Source: Candidatus Woesearchaeota archaeon (GTDB lineage Archaea; Nanobdellota; Nanobdellia; Pacearchaeales; GW2011-AR1). Taken from it: a stretch of DNA of 64,000 bases. Location of the stretch: NCBI GenBank assembly GCA_964362915.1, contig CAYIGH010000003.1, positions 1,756 to 65,755 on the forward strand. Direction: 5' to 3'. Positions 48,905-58,395 of the stretch are shown here, piece by piece. The position numbers and the translations under genes are program-made. The notes under the pieces were generated by a model, which worked only from the letters and a program-made list of their open reading frames with translations, ran no database searches and had not been told where the DNA came from. Numbering within the stretch: the stretch's first letter is position 1; each line of letters starts with the position of its first letter.

Positions 48905-48968
48905 AAATCAAGCCATATAAACTTTACTCCAAAATTTTAGAAACATAAAAAGCCTTAAATAAGCCTGG
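48867..48968. promoter_or_regulatory. conserved 5' module (promoter plus first codons) of cassette A
   Basis: About 100 nt, about 95% identical to 53660..53758. On the minus strand it contains TTTATAT about 27 nt upstream of the ATG. Confidence 0.5.
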
Positions 48969-49005
48969 CTTCTAATAATAAATATAAAAATAATAAAAAG
49001 AGAAA

Positions 49006-51585
49006 ATGTCAAAATTAAAAGTAAAACTTCTATTTATAGCAATATCTTTAATCTCTTTCATGCTCCTGTATCAAACACAAATAACTTCTGCGCAGGCAGA
49101 GGAGCAGCAGGAAAGATTTCTCGATATAGACAATGATGGAATTTCTGATTGCATCACTGAAGATGACGAAACGTGCAAAATCTGTTTATATGGAGTATAT
49201 GAGGAAGGAGGATGTGTAGGAAGCAAACGAAAAGACGAAGATAAAAATGGGGATGGAAAAATTGACTACTGTGATAAAAATTATAAAGAAGATAAAACAG
49301 CAGGGCCAGTTTTTATAAGAGGTGATGCAGATGGAAATAAAAACATTGAAATAACAGATGCAATAAAAACTTTAAAATATCTCTTCCAAAACCAAGAAGG
49401 AGAAATTCCACTCTGCCAAGATGCCTCCGATATTAATGATGATGGAAGACTTGATCTATCAGATGCAATTTATACATTAAACTATTTATTCCTGGGAGGC
49501 AAACTCCCTGTAGTATTCCCAAATCGCCATTTTGACTGTAAAAACGATGATGAGTCAGAAAAATGCCCATCTAAAACATTTTCAGAACAATGCAATGACA
49601 ACTTTGAATGTGAGTGGTCTGGAGGCATTTGTGCATACAACGACGGGGGCGCATGTCGTTTAAGATCAGAAGAAGAATGTACAGATGACTGCAAATGGAT
49701 AAATGAAATTTGCATATTTAATGACTACAATAACGAATGCTCTCTTTGGAAAGGTAAAAAAACATGCAACAATGATTTTAAATGTAATTGGATTGAAATA
49801 TACACAGAAACAACTTCAGAAGATCCGTTATGTAACTGCTACTGGTCAGATGGAATAAGCGGAGAAAAAAGAAGATTATTCCAAAAATCTTTTGAGCCAT
49901 CATGTGATATTTATCCAACAACTGCATACGACTCAAATAACGACGGGGATCTAAACGACCCAAACGATGAAAGAATGTTTGATTCATTAACTTGTAAAAA
50001 CTATCCTATGCCGTCCTCCTATATTACACAGGATAATTGCGACTTCCAAAGAAAAGACGAAGATAGAGACGGTCTAAGAAATGAGAATTGTCCTGATTTA
50101 GTTCCGCAACCAATTCTTCTTGCCCCTCCCCTAATAGATATATTTTCTCCGCATCCTCTAGGAATAAAAATAGCAGAAATCTCAAATGAAAGAGATTTCG
50201 CCCCCCCTGTCGGAAGAGGAGGGATCAAAGTATTATTAATAAATGAAGAAAATCAAGAAATAAATATTCTTCAATTTACAGATGGAAGAGGCAATAGGCT
50301 ATTTATACGAGAGCCAAGTCTTGACGAATTAAATCTCAATGGAATAACATCTGCAAGCCTTACAGGCCTTCCTCATGTTTGGGAAGAATTTAATAGGCAA
50401 CATGGAGCTCAATTTCCTCCAGATACAGCCCACAAATTAAAAATAATGCTTAGAGACGCATCAAACCAAGAAGGTATAAGCGCAGAAGAAATCAAACTCA
50501 GATATAAAATTTTCAATCCAGAAAATACTCCTGATTCTCCACAACAAATGATTCCTAGAGATCAAATAGTAGATGGAAGCGGCTCTCCTAATGCAATTCC
50601 TGATGTTGCTCTAACAGAATCGTGTTCATGCGAAGATATTAAAATTTATTATGCTCCTACACAGTGTATTAAAAGAGCAGACCCCGAAGATATAGATTGT
50701 ACAAAATCCCGTCCTCCTTTCTCCATGCCTTCAGAAGGATTTCTTGTTGAAAGCGGATATGACACAGACACGAATAATGAATTTTATTTTTATCTCTTGC
50801 GAGTTAAAGGAGCAATGGAAACACTTGGAAAACGTGATCCCTCTCTCCCATTAGGCCCTCCTCTTTTCTCCAGCTCACAAAACAGACCTGATAAATTAGG
50901 ACAAGTAGCAGGCATTATTCCTATAAAAACAGAACAAATTCCACAAGGTTTTGGCAGTGATATCCGTAATATCCATGGTCTTCCTTACAGCGGATTCCAT
51001 TACCAAGTTGAAGCAAAAACAAAAGGTAATTGCCAAGGATTTGAATCAATCCAAAGTAGTATCCTAGAAGAATCAGAAAGAAATGCGTTAGAAGGATCTT
51101 TAACATGTCTAGATTGGTATTTAAATACAGGGCCTTCCATAGACGTTTCCGATTACCTCCTTAGTTCAAAACTAGAATACTATGGTATGACAGGAGGCAT
51201 ACATGCTGGCTTTATAGCTCCTGCATACGCATGTCCTCTATTTTCTCCTGTTGACGAATATAAACCTTCGTTTGGCCATACATTTAAAGATGGCAAACCT
51301 TTAGAAGTTTATTTCGAAAATCTTGTAAAAGAAAAAACAGCTGATAAAACAGTTTGGCAAAATAGTCTATTAAGACTGCGCAATCAAGACCCTGATAAAA
51401 ATAAAAAAGCAATTTATAGAATAACATCTATTATTGCGGCTCCCTCTGTAAATATTGAAGAAGAAACCACAATAGCAAAATGCGGCTGTGAAACAGAAAT
51501 TATTGTCAATGCAAACGGCGACTATACTCTTATAAAAGGCCCTGAATGTGAAGTCTTTCCAGATACTGTTCCAATAAGAGTATAA
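49006..51585 (+). CDS. large secreted Cys-rich dockerin-like protein (P4)
   Basis: Signal peptide. RGDADGNKNIEITDAIKTLKYLF and SDINDDGRLDLSDAIYTLNYLF. Multiple Cys-rich modules (CNDNFECEWSGGICAY, CTDDCKWINEIC). Confidence 0.65.
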   Translation: MSKLKVKLLFIAISLISFMLLYQTQITSAQAEEQQERFLDIDNDGISDCITEDDETCKICLYGVYEEGGCVGSKRKDEDKNGDGKIDYCDKNYKEDKTAGPVFIRGDADGNKNIEITDAIKTLKYLFQNQEGEIPLCQDASDINDDGRLDLSDAIYTLNYLFLGGKLPVVFPNRHFDCKNDDESEKCPSKTFSEQCNDNFECEWSGGICAYNDGGACRLRSEEECTDDCKWINEICIFNDYNNECSLWKGKKTCNNDFKCNWIEIYTETTSEDPLCNCYWSDGISGEKRRLFQKSFEPSCDIYPTTAYDSNNDGDLNDPNDERMFDSLTCKNYPMPSSYITQDNCDFQRKDEDRDGLRNENCPDLVPQPILLAPPLIDIFSPHPLGIKIAEISNERDFAPPVGRGGIKVLLINEENQEINILQFTDGRGNRLFIREPSLDELNLNGITSASLTGLPHVWEEFNRQHGAQFPPDTAHKLKIMLRDASNQEGISAEEIKLRYKIFNPENTPDSPQQMIPRDQIVDGSGSPNAIPDVALTESCSCEDIKIYYAPTQCIKRADPEDIDCTKSRPPFSMPSEGFLVESGYDTDTNNEFYFYLLRVKGAMETLGKRDPSLPLGPPLFSSSQNRPDKLGQVAGIIPIKTEQIPQGFGSDIRNIHGLPYSGFHYQVEAKTKGNCQGFESIQSSILEESERNALEGSLTCLDWYLNTGPSIDVSDYLLSSKLEYYGMTGGIHAGFIAPAYACPLFSPVDEYKPSFGHTFKDGKPLEVYFENLVKEKTADKTVWQNSLLRLRNQDPDKNKKAIYRITSIIAAPSVNIEEETTIAKCGCETEIIVNANGDYTLIKGPECEVFPDTVPIRV

Positions 51586-51635
51586 ACAGCTATATAAAAA
51601 ATATACCAGTCAAAAAAGGATCTAAAAATAAGCAT

Positions 51636-53342
51636 TTAACTGATAGCCCCGCAATAATGTTTTGTTTCTATTTTATCTTTCCATTGCTGGTTTGTTTGGT
51701 CATATTCTTGTTGAAAACATAAGCATCCTGGCTCTTGCACTAATTGCATCTTTTTTGTATGTGTTGCTTTTTCAGGCTCATTCTTAAAATGAATTGGGCC
51801 AAGTTTGCATACCCATCTATTTAAACCATCACTATCTTCAATTATAGAAACTATTTCTTTTAAATCTTCAGTAATACCTGCTGGAGAAATAGCCCCGGTA
51901 TTTCCTCCATTTATCCTTCCTATCACTTCAGAAATAGTAGTAGGTGTAAATATGACATCAGGAAAGATATATCCCATCCCTAATTCTGTCCCTGGAAAAT
52001 CAAACCATATAATTTTAGGAATTTCTCCAGATATATGCTTTTTGTATTTATAAGTTATCCCATAATCATCATCACATTTAATCTCATCTGTTTTAGCATC
52101 GCAGGTTGTAGGTGAAATGTCAATCTTTTTTTTAATAGTGCCTATAATACGCCTTTCTGTAAGTTTTCTCCTTGCTGCTAGCTCCATAAGACGTTCTTTG
52201 TTTAGTAAGTCATTCGTCTTGTGCATGAAACCTGGGACAATCCAAGATTTTTTCTCAGGAACGCGCCCACCTGGAACATAGGACTCTGGATAGAAAGTAA
52301 CGTCTTCAATTCTAACAGAAGCAAATTGATGCTCAAAGCAGTCTTCAGGATTGCTTCCTTTTTTAAGAAGAGCATAAACATAAAATTCATATCCATAATT
52401 ATAACTAAGCACGCGGCTTTCTCCAACTCGATAAAGCATATATCCTTCTCTATGTCCAAGGCCCTCGCGATTATGGGCTGGAAGATCCGACGTTAATTGG
52501 TTAACAGACGAGAAAGGCATCTCATCAGGAGCACTATCACCTGCTTTAAGAATAGTCATCTTTTTTACTTTACAGCCATACACAACTTCATCAGAATTAT
52601 CTCCATCTGGAATTGAAATTCCGCCCCCTCTGCCAAAATTCTGAGTTTCACTATTTTCCACATTTAAAAAGAAAGTTAATTCGTCTTCATTACCTTTAGT
52701 ATCCTGACAAATAACACTAATCTCATAACGCTCCCCTTCCAAGAAATTAAATTCATCAATAAAAATCTCCATGTCCTGCCTTTTTAGATCATTTCCTTTA
52801 AAATCTTCATCAATGTTTCCTTCCTCATCCAAATGCCAGAGTGTCGTAAAAAATTCTTCTTTCTCTCCTCCAGGAGAGCCTTTGTACGCAACACATTTTT
52901 CAACTTCTTGAAAAAATAAGTCATCGCTTAAGTCTTTTATATGGATACTATCCCTAATTTTAGCATTTAGTTCAATAGTTTCTGAAGGATTCTCTATCTC
53001 TTCTAAGGAAAAAGGAACTCTTACACCAATTTCAATTGGCTTGTCTAAGTTTATTGGGGCAGGGCCCCCCCTAAAAAGCCAAGATAAAAGATAAATGGCA
53101 TCAGTGATATCTATTTTATTGTTGTTATCGCTGTCTGCTCCGGGATAGCATGGCTTTCCTCCGCCAAGAAAGAGAAAGTTGAGAATTTTTATAGGGTCCG
53201 AAATATCAACAATTCCCTCTCCTGTTGCATCACCGGCAAGATAATTACAATCTGGAATATCGTTAGGAACATCAATTTGCGCAGAAACTATATTTAGAAT
53301 AATAAATATGAAATAGCAAAAAATAAAATATTTTTTAAGCAT
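51636..53342 (-). CDS. secreted dockerin-like protein (P3, paralog of P1/P2)
   Basis: Signal peptide. GDATGEGIVDISDPIKILNFLF and SDNNNKIDITDAIYLLSWLF. C-terminus RWVCKLGPIHFKN...CLCFQQ. Confidence 0.65.
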   Translation of the reverse strand: MLKKYFIFCYFIFIILNIVSAQIDVPNDIPDCNYLAGDATGEGIVDISDPIKILNFLFLGGGKPCYPGADSDNNNKIDITDAIYLLSWLFRGGPAPINLDKPIEIGVRVPFSLEEIENPSETIELNAKIRDSIHIKDLSDDLFFQEVEKCVAYKGSPGGEKEEFFTTLWHLDEEGNIDEDFKGNDLKRQDMEIFIDEFNFLEGERYEISVICQDTKGNEDELTFFLNVENSETQNFGRGGGISIPDGDNSDEVVYGCKVKKMTILKAGDSAPDEMPFSSVNQLTSDLPAHNREGLGHREGYMLYRVGESRVLSYNYGYEFYVYALLKKGSNPEDCFEHQFASVRIEDVTFYPESYVPGGRVPEKKSWIVPGFMHKTNDLLNKERLMELAARRKLTERRIIGTIKKKIDISPTTCDAKTDEIKCDDDYGITYKYKKHISGEIPKIIWFDFPGTELGMGYIFPDVIFTPTTISEVIGRINGGNTGAISPAGITEDLKEIVSIIEDSDGLNRWVCKLGPIHFKNEPEKATHTKKMQLVQEPGCLCFQQEYDQTNQQWKDKIETKHYCGAIS

Positions 53343-53379
53343 TTGCTAATGAGAATATATTGCTTAATAAATATATTCT

Positions 53380-53691
53380 TCACCGTTTAATTACAATCCT
53401 GCTATCTTCAAGAGAGGTTATGTGATTTATCTCCATAAATTCCTTTAAACTAGAATAAATTACAGCTCTCTCTTCATCCCTATGATGATAAATCTGCATC
53501 TCGTCAGCTCTGCGATAAAAGGACGACTTCCTCCAAACAGGAGAATAATTCATATCTATAATTATCTTATTTTTTGAAAGATAATGCCTCTCCATCAAAC
53601 CAAAGCCAGTAAATCCTATCATACCAAGAGCGGCTAAACCCAACCCACTTACAATCCAAACCCTAACATATTCTCTCATGAATAAATACAA
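53380..53691 (-). CDS. small single-TM protein, cassette partner B
   Basis: MYLFMREYVRVWIVSGLGLAALGMIGFTG.... Paralog of 48689..48904. Confidence 0.5.
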   Translation of the reverse strand: MYLFMREYVRVWIVSGLGLAALGMIGFTGFGLMERHYLSKNKIIIDMNYSPVWRKSSFYRRADEMQIYHHRDEERAVIYSSLKEFMEINHITSLEDSRIVIKR

Positions 53692-53758
53692 AAATCAAGC
53701 CATATAAACCTTACTCCAAATTTTAAAAACACAAAAAGCCTTAAATAGGCATAAATTC
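53660..53758. promoter_or_regulatory. conserved 5' module of cassette B
   Basis: Matches 48867..48968. Confidence 0.5.
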
Positions 53759-53776
53759 TAAAGCTATCACAAAATC

Positions 53777-54049
53777 ATGGCAAGCTCAAGACAATTAATC
53801 TATCTAGCAACACCAATACTAGCAGGAGCTATTTATAGCTGTAATGCAATAGAATCAAAAAAGGAAGATGGAATAGAAGCAAAAATAAATGGACTTTCAG
53901 TGATAATCTATAAAGGCACAGCTGAAAATCCGCAAATCTATCAAATAAAAAATTCTGACAACCCTGTTATATACGCGAATAAAGAAGATTTCTTCCTTGA
54001 TATAAAATCAAAAAATCCAAGAGCATCTAAAGCCCTAGTTTTTAGATAA
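53777..54049 (+). CDS. small secreted protein
   Basis: 90 aa with an N-terminal signal-like segment. Confidence 0.35.
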   Translation: MASSRQLIYLATPILAGAIYSCNAIESKKEDGIEAKINGLSVIIYKGTAENPQIYQIKNSDNPVIYANKEDFFLDIKSKNPRASKALVFR

Positions 54050-54051
54050 AA

Positions 54052-55122
54052 TTAAGGCGAGGCGCTAGCTGACGGCGATGGCAAAGGTGCTCCTCCAGGT
54101 GGTGGCTGACCATCTTCTCCAGACGGAGGCTCAAGAGAATCATCTCCTATAGGTGGTGGTTCAGGTCCTCCTCCTTCAGTAATTGGCGGAAACACATTTG
54201 CTCTAATAATTTTTTCTGTCTCCTCAAACTTTGCTGAAGAAGTAATTAATATACACTCGGGTAAAACTTTTACCTCCTGACGCTTACCATCTACAATTGT
54301 GTGTAAAAAGTCAACATTACACCTATCTCCTGCCTGATTATCACAACCTACAATTTTATCTTGCCTCGGGTCTGTTCCTGGAAGATTTGTAGGTTTACCT
54401 CCTAGTGCAATATCAATTCCAGTACCAACATTAATTGTATCAGTATCATCGCCGCCATCAATCTTGTCATCCCGCTCGTAACTGTAAATATTATCTTTTC
54501 CTTCGTTCCCGCATATCACATCGTAATAATTGCTTCCCTCAATCTCATCATCGCCTTTGCCACCATAGATTCTATTCGGATCTTCTCCAGTTGCTCTTGC
54601 ATTAATATTAATTGATATATAATCGCCTGGCCCTTCCTCATTCCCCCCGTGAATAACAGCTGGCTTGTTGCAATTTCGAATCCTGATAGTGTCTCTACCG
54701 CCTCTAGTTGATATTTTTATCTTCTTAATATTATTACAATAAGTGATAGGATTTCCTACCCCTGGAACTACTATAACACCACTTTTCTTAACCTGAAAAT
54801 AATATTTGCCCACATTATCCTTCACTAAAGTAACTTCCTCTATCTCATCTGTACCAACACACACAAAATCCCCCGCATTTGTACGACACTCAATATTGTT
54901 TAACACCTGCGGCCCTCCTTCTACCGGCCTTTCGTAATTTGGCAGTAAAGTAGGACTAAATCCTATATCTCCTCCAAGAAACATTCCAATAACCATAAAT
55001 AAAATCAACCAGCAAATAACAATAGAAATAAAAACAGCCCAAAAATTCTTCCTATTGTAAAAAGCATTAAATAATTTTACATCTGTTTCGCCTCTTCTCT
55101 TATCCATAAAATTCAAAAGCAT
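54052..55122 (-). CDS. membrane-anchored protein with RTX-type Ca-binding repeats (paralog of 37325..38437)
   Basis: N-terminal KRRGE plus TM. Repeats GGKGDDEIEG, GNEGKDNIY, GGDDTDTINVGTG. Pro-rich C-terminus. Shares a CNKPAVIHGG-type segment with the other RTX-like protein. Confidence 0.55.
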   Translation of the reverse strand: MLLNFMDKRRGETDVKLFNAFYNRKNFWAVFISIVICWLILFMVIGMFLGGDIGFSPTLLPNYERPVEGGPQVLNNIECRTNAGDFVCVGTDEIEEVTLVKDNVGKYYFQVKKSGVIVVPGVGNPITYCNNIKKIKISTRGGRDTIRIRNCNKPAVIHGGNEEGPGDYISININARATGEDPNRIYGGKGDDEIEGSNYYDVICGNEGKDNIYSYERDDKIDGGDDTDTINVGTGIDIALGGKPTNLPGTDPRQDKIVGCDNQAGDRCNVDFLHTIVDGKRQEVKVLPECILITSSAKFEETEKIIRANVFPPITEGGGPEPPPIGDDSLEPPSGEDGQPPPGGAPLPSPSASASP

Positions 55123-55233
55123 TCATGATTTATAAACTTTCATACCTTTGCTATATGGCCTCCTCCATGCCCTAAAGGCCAGGCATCCTTTTGTTTTACG
55201 CGTGGTGCATCTCTTAATTTTTGATATAATCGT

Positions 55234-56148
55234 ATGTTCTCAAATAATCGCTATTATCAACACAACATATTTAAAACTATGAAAAGACATAATAAAAAGA
55301 TGGAAAAGACAAATCATAAAATAGTATTTGGAGATAGTGCAAAAGTGTTAAAGACATTCCCAAATAATACTTTTCAATTAATGGTTACTTCTCCACCTTA
55401 TTGGAATGTTAGAGATTACGGACATGAAAAACAAATAGGGCTTAAAGATACATTACAGGAATATCTTGATAGATTAAATAAGGTTTGGAAAGAAGTTGTT
55501 AGAACATTAATGCCAGATGGGAAAATAGCCCTTGACATAGGAAATATTTATTACTCTGAACCAGACGAAAATAGAAGAACAACAGCAAATTTATCTTATC
55601 TTTTATGGAAACAATTAAATGATTTTAAAGAATTAAGATATATGGGAACTATCTATTGGAGAAAAACAACATCAAGAAGCGGAGCGGTTTTATTTGGCAG
55701 TTATCCTTATCCTTCTAACTTTATGATTTCTTCAGCAGTTGAGCCAATTCATGTTTTTAGGAAAGTTGGAAAAAGAGAAGTGCCACAAGATATTAAAGAA
55801 AAATCAAAAATAACTCTAAAAGAATTTAGAGAGTTTAGAGATGCAATATGGGATATTAATGGGGTAAATGATAAACATGTTGCGGCTTATCCAATAGAGT
55901 TGCCGGCAAGATTTATTAAAATGTTTACTTTTGTTGGAGACTTAGTTTTAGACCCTTTTGTTGGAAGTGGCTCAACAACAAAAGCCGCTTTGGATTCGGG
56001 TAGAAATTCTGTTGGTATTGACATCAACCCAGAATTTATAAAGATTATAGAAGAAAAAGTCGGAATGAAGCAGAGTAAATTAGATAAAGAAATAAAATTT
56101 GAAGTTCTGCATTTAGATGAGAAAAACAATAAATTAGTATCTAAATAA
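55234..56148 (+). CDS. DNA methyltransferase, N4-cytosine/N6-adenine (beta-class; motif IV before motif I)
   Basis: Motif IV TSPPYW. Motif I DPFVGSGSTTKAA. Probable real start MEKTNHK at about 55300. Confidence 0.8.
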   Translation: MFSNNRYYQHNIFKTMKRHNKKMEKTNHKIVFGDSAKVLKTFPNNTFQLMVTSPPYWNVRDYGHEKQIGLKDTLQEYLDRLNKVWKEVVRTLMPDGKIALDIGNIYYSEPDENRRTTANLSYLLWKQLNDFKELRYMGTIYWRKTTSRSGAVLFGSYPYPSNFMISSAVEPIHVFRKVGKREVPQDIKEKSKITLKEFREFRDAIWDINGVNDKHVAAYPIELPARFIKMFTFVGDLVLDPFVGSGSTTKAALDSGRNSVGIDINPEFIKIIEEKVGMKQSKLDKEIKFEVLHLDEKNNKLVSK

Positions 56149-56922
56149 ATCACATGGGCGAATTTTAAACTGCAACATATTTCCTGTTTCTCTACCACCA
56201 TCTCCTCCCTTTCTTTGTAGTGTTATCCTACCAATAGATATACTGCCTCTTGGACTTATCTTAACATCGCCTTCACCAAAAATGCTCATGGCTTTATTAA
56301 TATCTGCTAAAACCCATGTTGTTTCGTCTTTCTTTCTATCATATTTTGTTACTAACATCCAATCAGCCGCAAATTGTCCTCTGCCTTTTATTATATCAGT
56401 CAGAACTAATATTTTATTTTTCTTGAAAAAATCTACTATTGCTTTTTTATGCTTATTCTCAAATTCATCCATAAAAAATCTTCTTTTATCTCTTAACTTT
56501 TTATATTTCTCCTTAGTTATTTTTCTTTCTTTAAACAATTGTTTTGGAGAGATTTTACCACAAAAAATCTCTAAAAGTATTATTATATTTTCTGGAATAT
56601 TCCACATTTCAACATAATTCCTTACCCATCTTTTATCTATTTGGTTATAATCTGCGTCATTATTTGCCTTCTTCACAGATAGGTTTTGGATTGAAATAGC
56701 TTCTTTAATAGTAATCGTGACTTTTATTTGCACATCGGTTTTATAACCATGTAAAACAACTGCTTCAACTTTCTCTATTTCGCTCAAATCATAGTCCATA
56801 ATCTTAAGCCACCTTTGAGCTTCTTTGTCTTTTTTCCAATTCTTAAATTTCTTTGTTATGAACTTTTCATTGGCAAACCCGCCTTTGGCTGTTTCAGAGC
56901 CAATCCTTATCAAATCATTCAT
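56134..56922 (-). CDS. putative type II restriction endonuclease (convergent partner of the MTase)
   Basis: 262 aa, overlapping the MTase 3' end by 15 nt. The C-terminal ...KGGDGGRETGNMLQFKI tail is reminiscent of MspI/HinP1I-family C-termini (from memory only). Confidence 0.35.
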   Translation of the reverse strand: MNDLIRIGSETAKGGFANEKFITKKFKNWKKDKEAQRWLKIMDYDLSEIEKVEAVVLHGYKTDVQIKVTITIKEAISIQNLSVKKANNDADYNQIDKRWVRNYVEMWNIPENIIILLEIFCGKISPKQLFKERKITKEKYKKLRDKRRFFMDEFENKHKKAIVDFFKKNKILVLTDIIKGRGQFAADWMLVTKYDRKKDETTWVLADINKAMSIFGEGDVKISPRGSISIGRITLQRKGGDGGRETGNMLQFKIRPCDLFRY

Positions 56923-57304
56923 AAAAATTTTAAGAGAAAGAACCCCTTAAATCTTTCCAAAAGGCGCCGCTAACTTAACAGATCGAGATTCCAAATATCC
57001 TTATAAGTAGAAAAGATTGCCGCAATTCAACTATGTTTAATCCCTATTTTCTCTAAAATACTCGGCAAATAAGATAATTATTTCAGGTTTCTAATTTTTT
57101 TAGAAATGCTTTTTAATTTCTCGTTAACTATGTTGTAAGAAATATAACTAAAGAAGAATGCCATAAATAATATCATAGACATTTTATTAGTTAGACGCAA
57201 TTAATCCTATACCTAAAGCTATACAAAAAATACCTCCTAAAACAAATACTATATCTTCTTTAAACTCAAAAACCAAATATAATCCATAAAATCAGGCTTC
57301 ATCT

Positions 57305-58294
57305 TCACTTAAAATTCTTCCTTATCGGAGCAATAATTTTCTCCAAAGCATCAGCAACTGCATTTTTCAAATCTAAAGGATGTAAATTCCCAGAAGAATA
57401 AATCTCTTCAAGTTCTTTATATCCTTTAATTGCCAAATTCCCTCCAAATTTTTCAGGCCTTTGAATTTTCAAACTTCCAGCTAAAGGTAAAATAATATAT
57501 TTACAAATCTGCAAAATAGGATTCTCCTCAACTATCTTCTCAGGGCAATACGCTGATTTTATTATCCTAACAATCTGTTCCTTAGAATCAACAACTGAAA
57601 TCCAAGAGCCCTCTATAGATTTAGACATTTTCTGTCCAGGTCCTTTCAAAGAAGTTATTAAAGGAGTATGAAAAGCAATAAATTTATGTCCCAAAATACT
57701 TTCCATATCTTTTCCAATCATATGAACTTTTCTCTGTTCCATTCCTCCTAGCGCAACATCAACTCCTAAATGTTTTATATCAGCAACCTGCATCAAAGGA
57801 TACCATAATTGTGAAATAGTCGCATTTTCAGCATCTCTGGCAATTTCCTGCATACTTCTTAATCCTCTATTTATAGTAGAATGCTGGGCCAGTCTCATTA
57901 CATCAATCTGGTATTCTTTCTTAAACTGAAAATCACTTCCTAATACCACTTCTGCCTTCATCCCGATTGCTCTAATAGTTTTCTTCCATGCCGCAGCTTC
58001 TTTCTCAATATCCCTCTCGCTTCCTTTCCTATTTAATAAAGCGTGAATATCTGCCAGCAATATTTTAACATGAAATCCTGCGTTAGCAAGCTCCATCAAT
58101 TTCAATAGCGTAACAAAATGGCCAAGATGTAAGGGCCCTGAAGTTTCGTAACCGCAATAAACAATTGGCTTTTTCTTTTTCTCAAGTAATTTTTTCAATT
58201 CTTCAACTGTAACAATTTCCGCACTATTTCGCAAAATTAGTTCTAATCTCTCATCAACGCTCAATTCTCTCTTCATCCCTAAACAAAAAATCAA
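57305..58294 (-). CDS. tyrS: tyrosyl-tRNA synthetase (archaeal type)
   Basis: HIGH-like PLHLGH, KMSKS. Strong blocks LMQVADIKHLGVDVALGGMEQRKVHM, RPEKFGG, LHPLDLKNAVA, as in archaeal TyrRS. Confidence 0.85.
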   Translation of the reverse strand: MIFCLGMKRELSVDERLELILRNSAEIVTVEELKKLLEKKKKPIVYCGYETSGPLHLGHFVTLLKLMELANAGFHVKILLADIHALLNRKGSERDIEKEAAAWKKTIRAIGMKAEVVLGSDFQFKKEYQIDVMRLAQHSTINRGLRSMQEIARDAENATISQLWYPLMQVADIKHLGVDVALGGMEQRKVHMIGKDMESILGHKFIAFHTPLITSLKGPGQKMSKSIEGSWISVVDSKEQIVRIIKSAYCPEKIVEENPILQICKYIILPLAGSLKIQRPEKFGGNLAIKGYKELEEIYSSGNLHPLDLKNAVADALEKIIAPIRKNFK

Positions 58295-58395
58295 TTTAAT
58301 TTAAACCTTTCTAAAAATTAACTCTGGCATTATGGATAACTGCGTTGTTTAGATTACACAATTAACGCAGTTCTCTATATTATCTAAAAATAGAA

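Noticed and set aside
56923-57304. 380-bp AT-rich spacer between the restriction-enzyme start and the tyrS 3' end, examined for tRNA or ncRNA
   Set aside because: No acceptor-stem or T-arm-like GC-rich segments. Only short dead-end ORFs. Treated as a promoter/UTR spacer.
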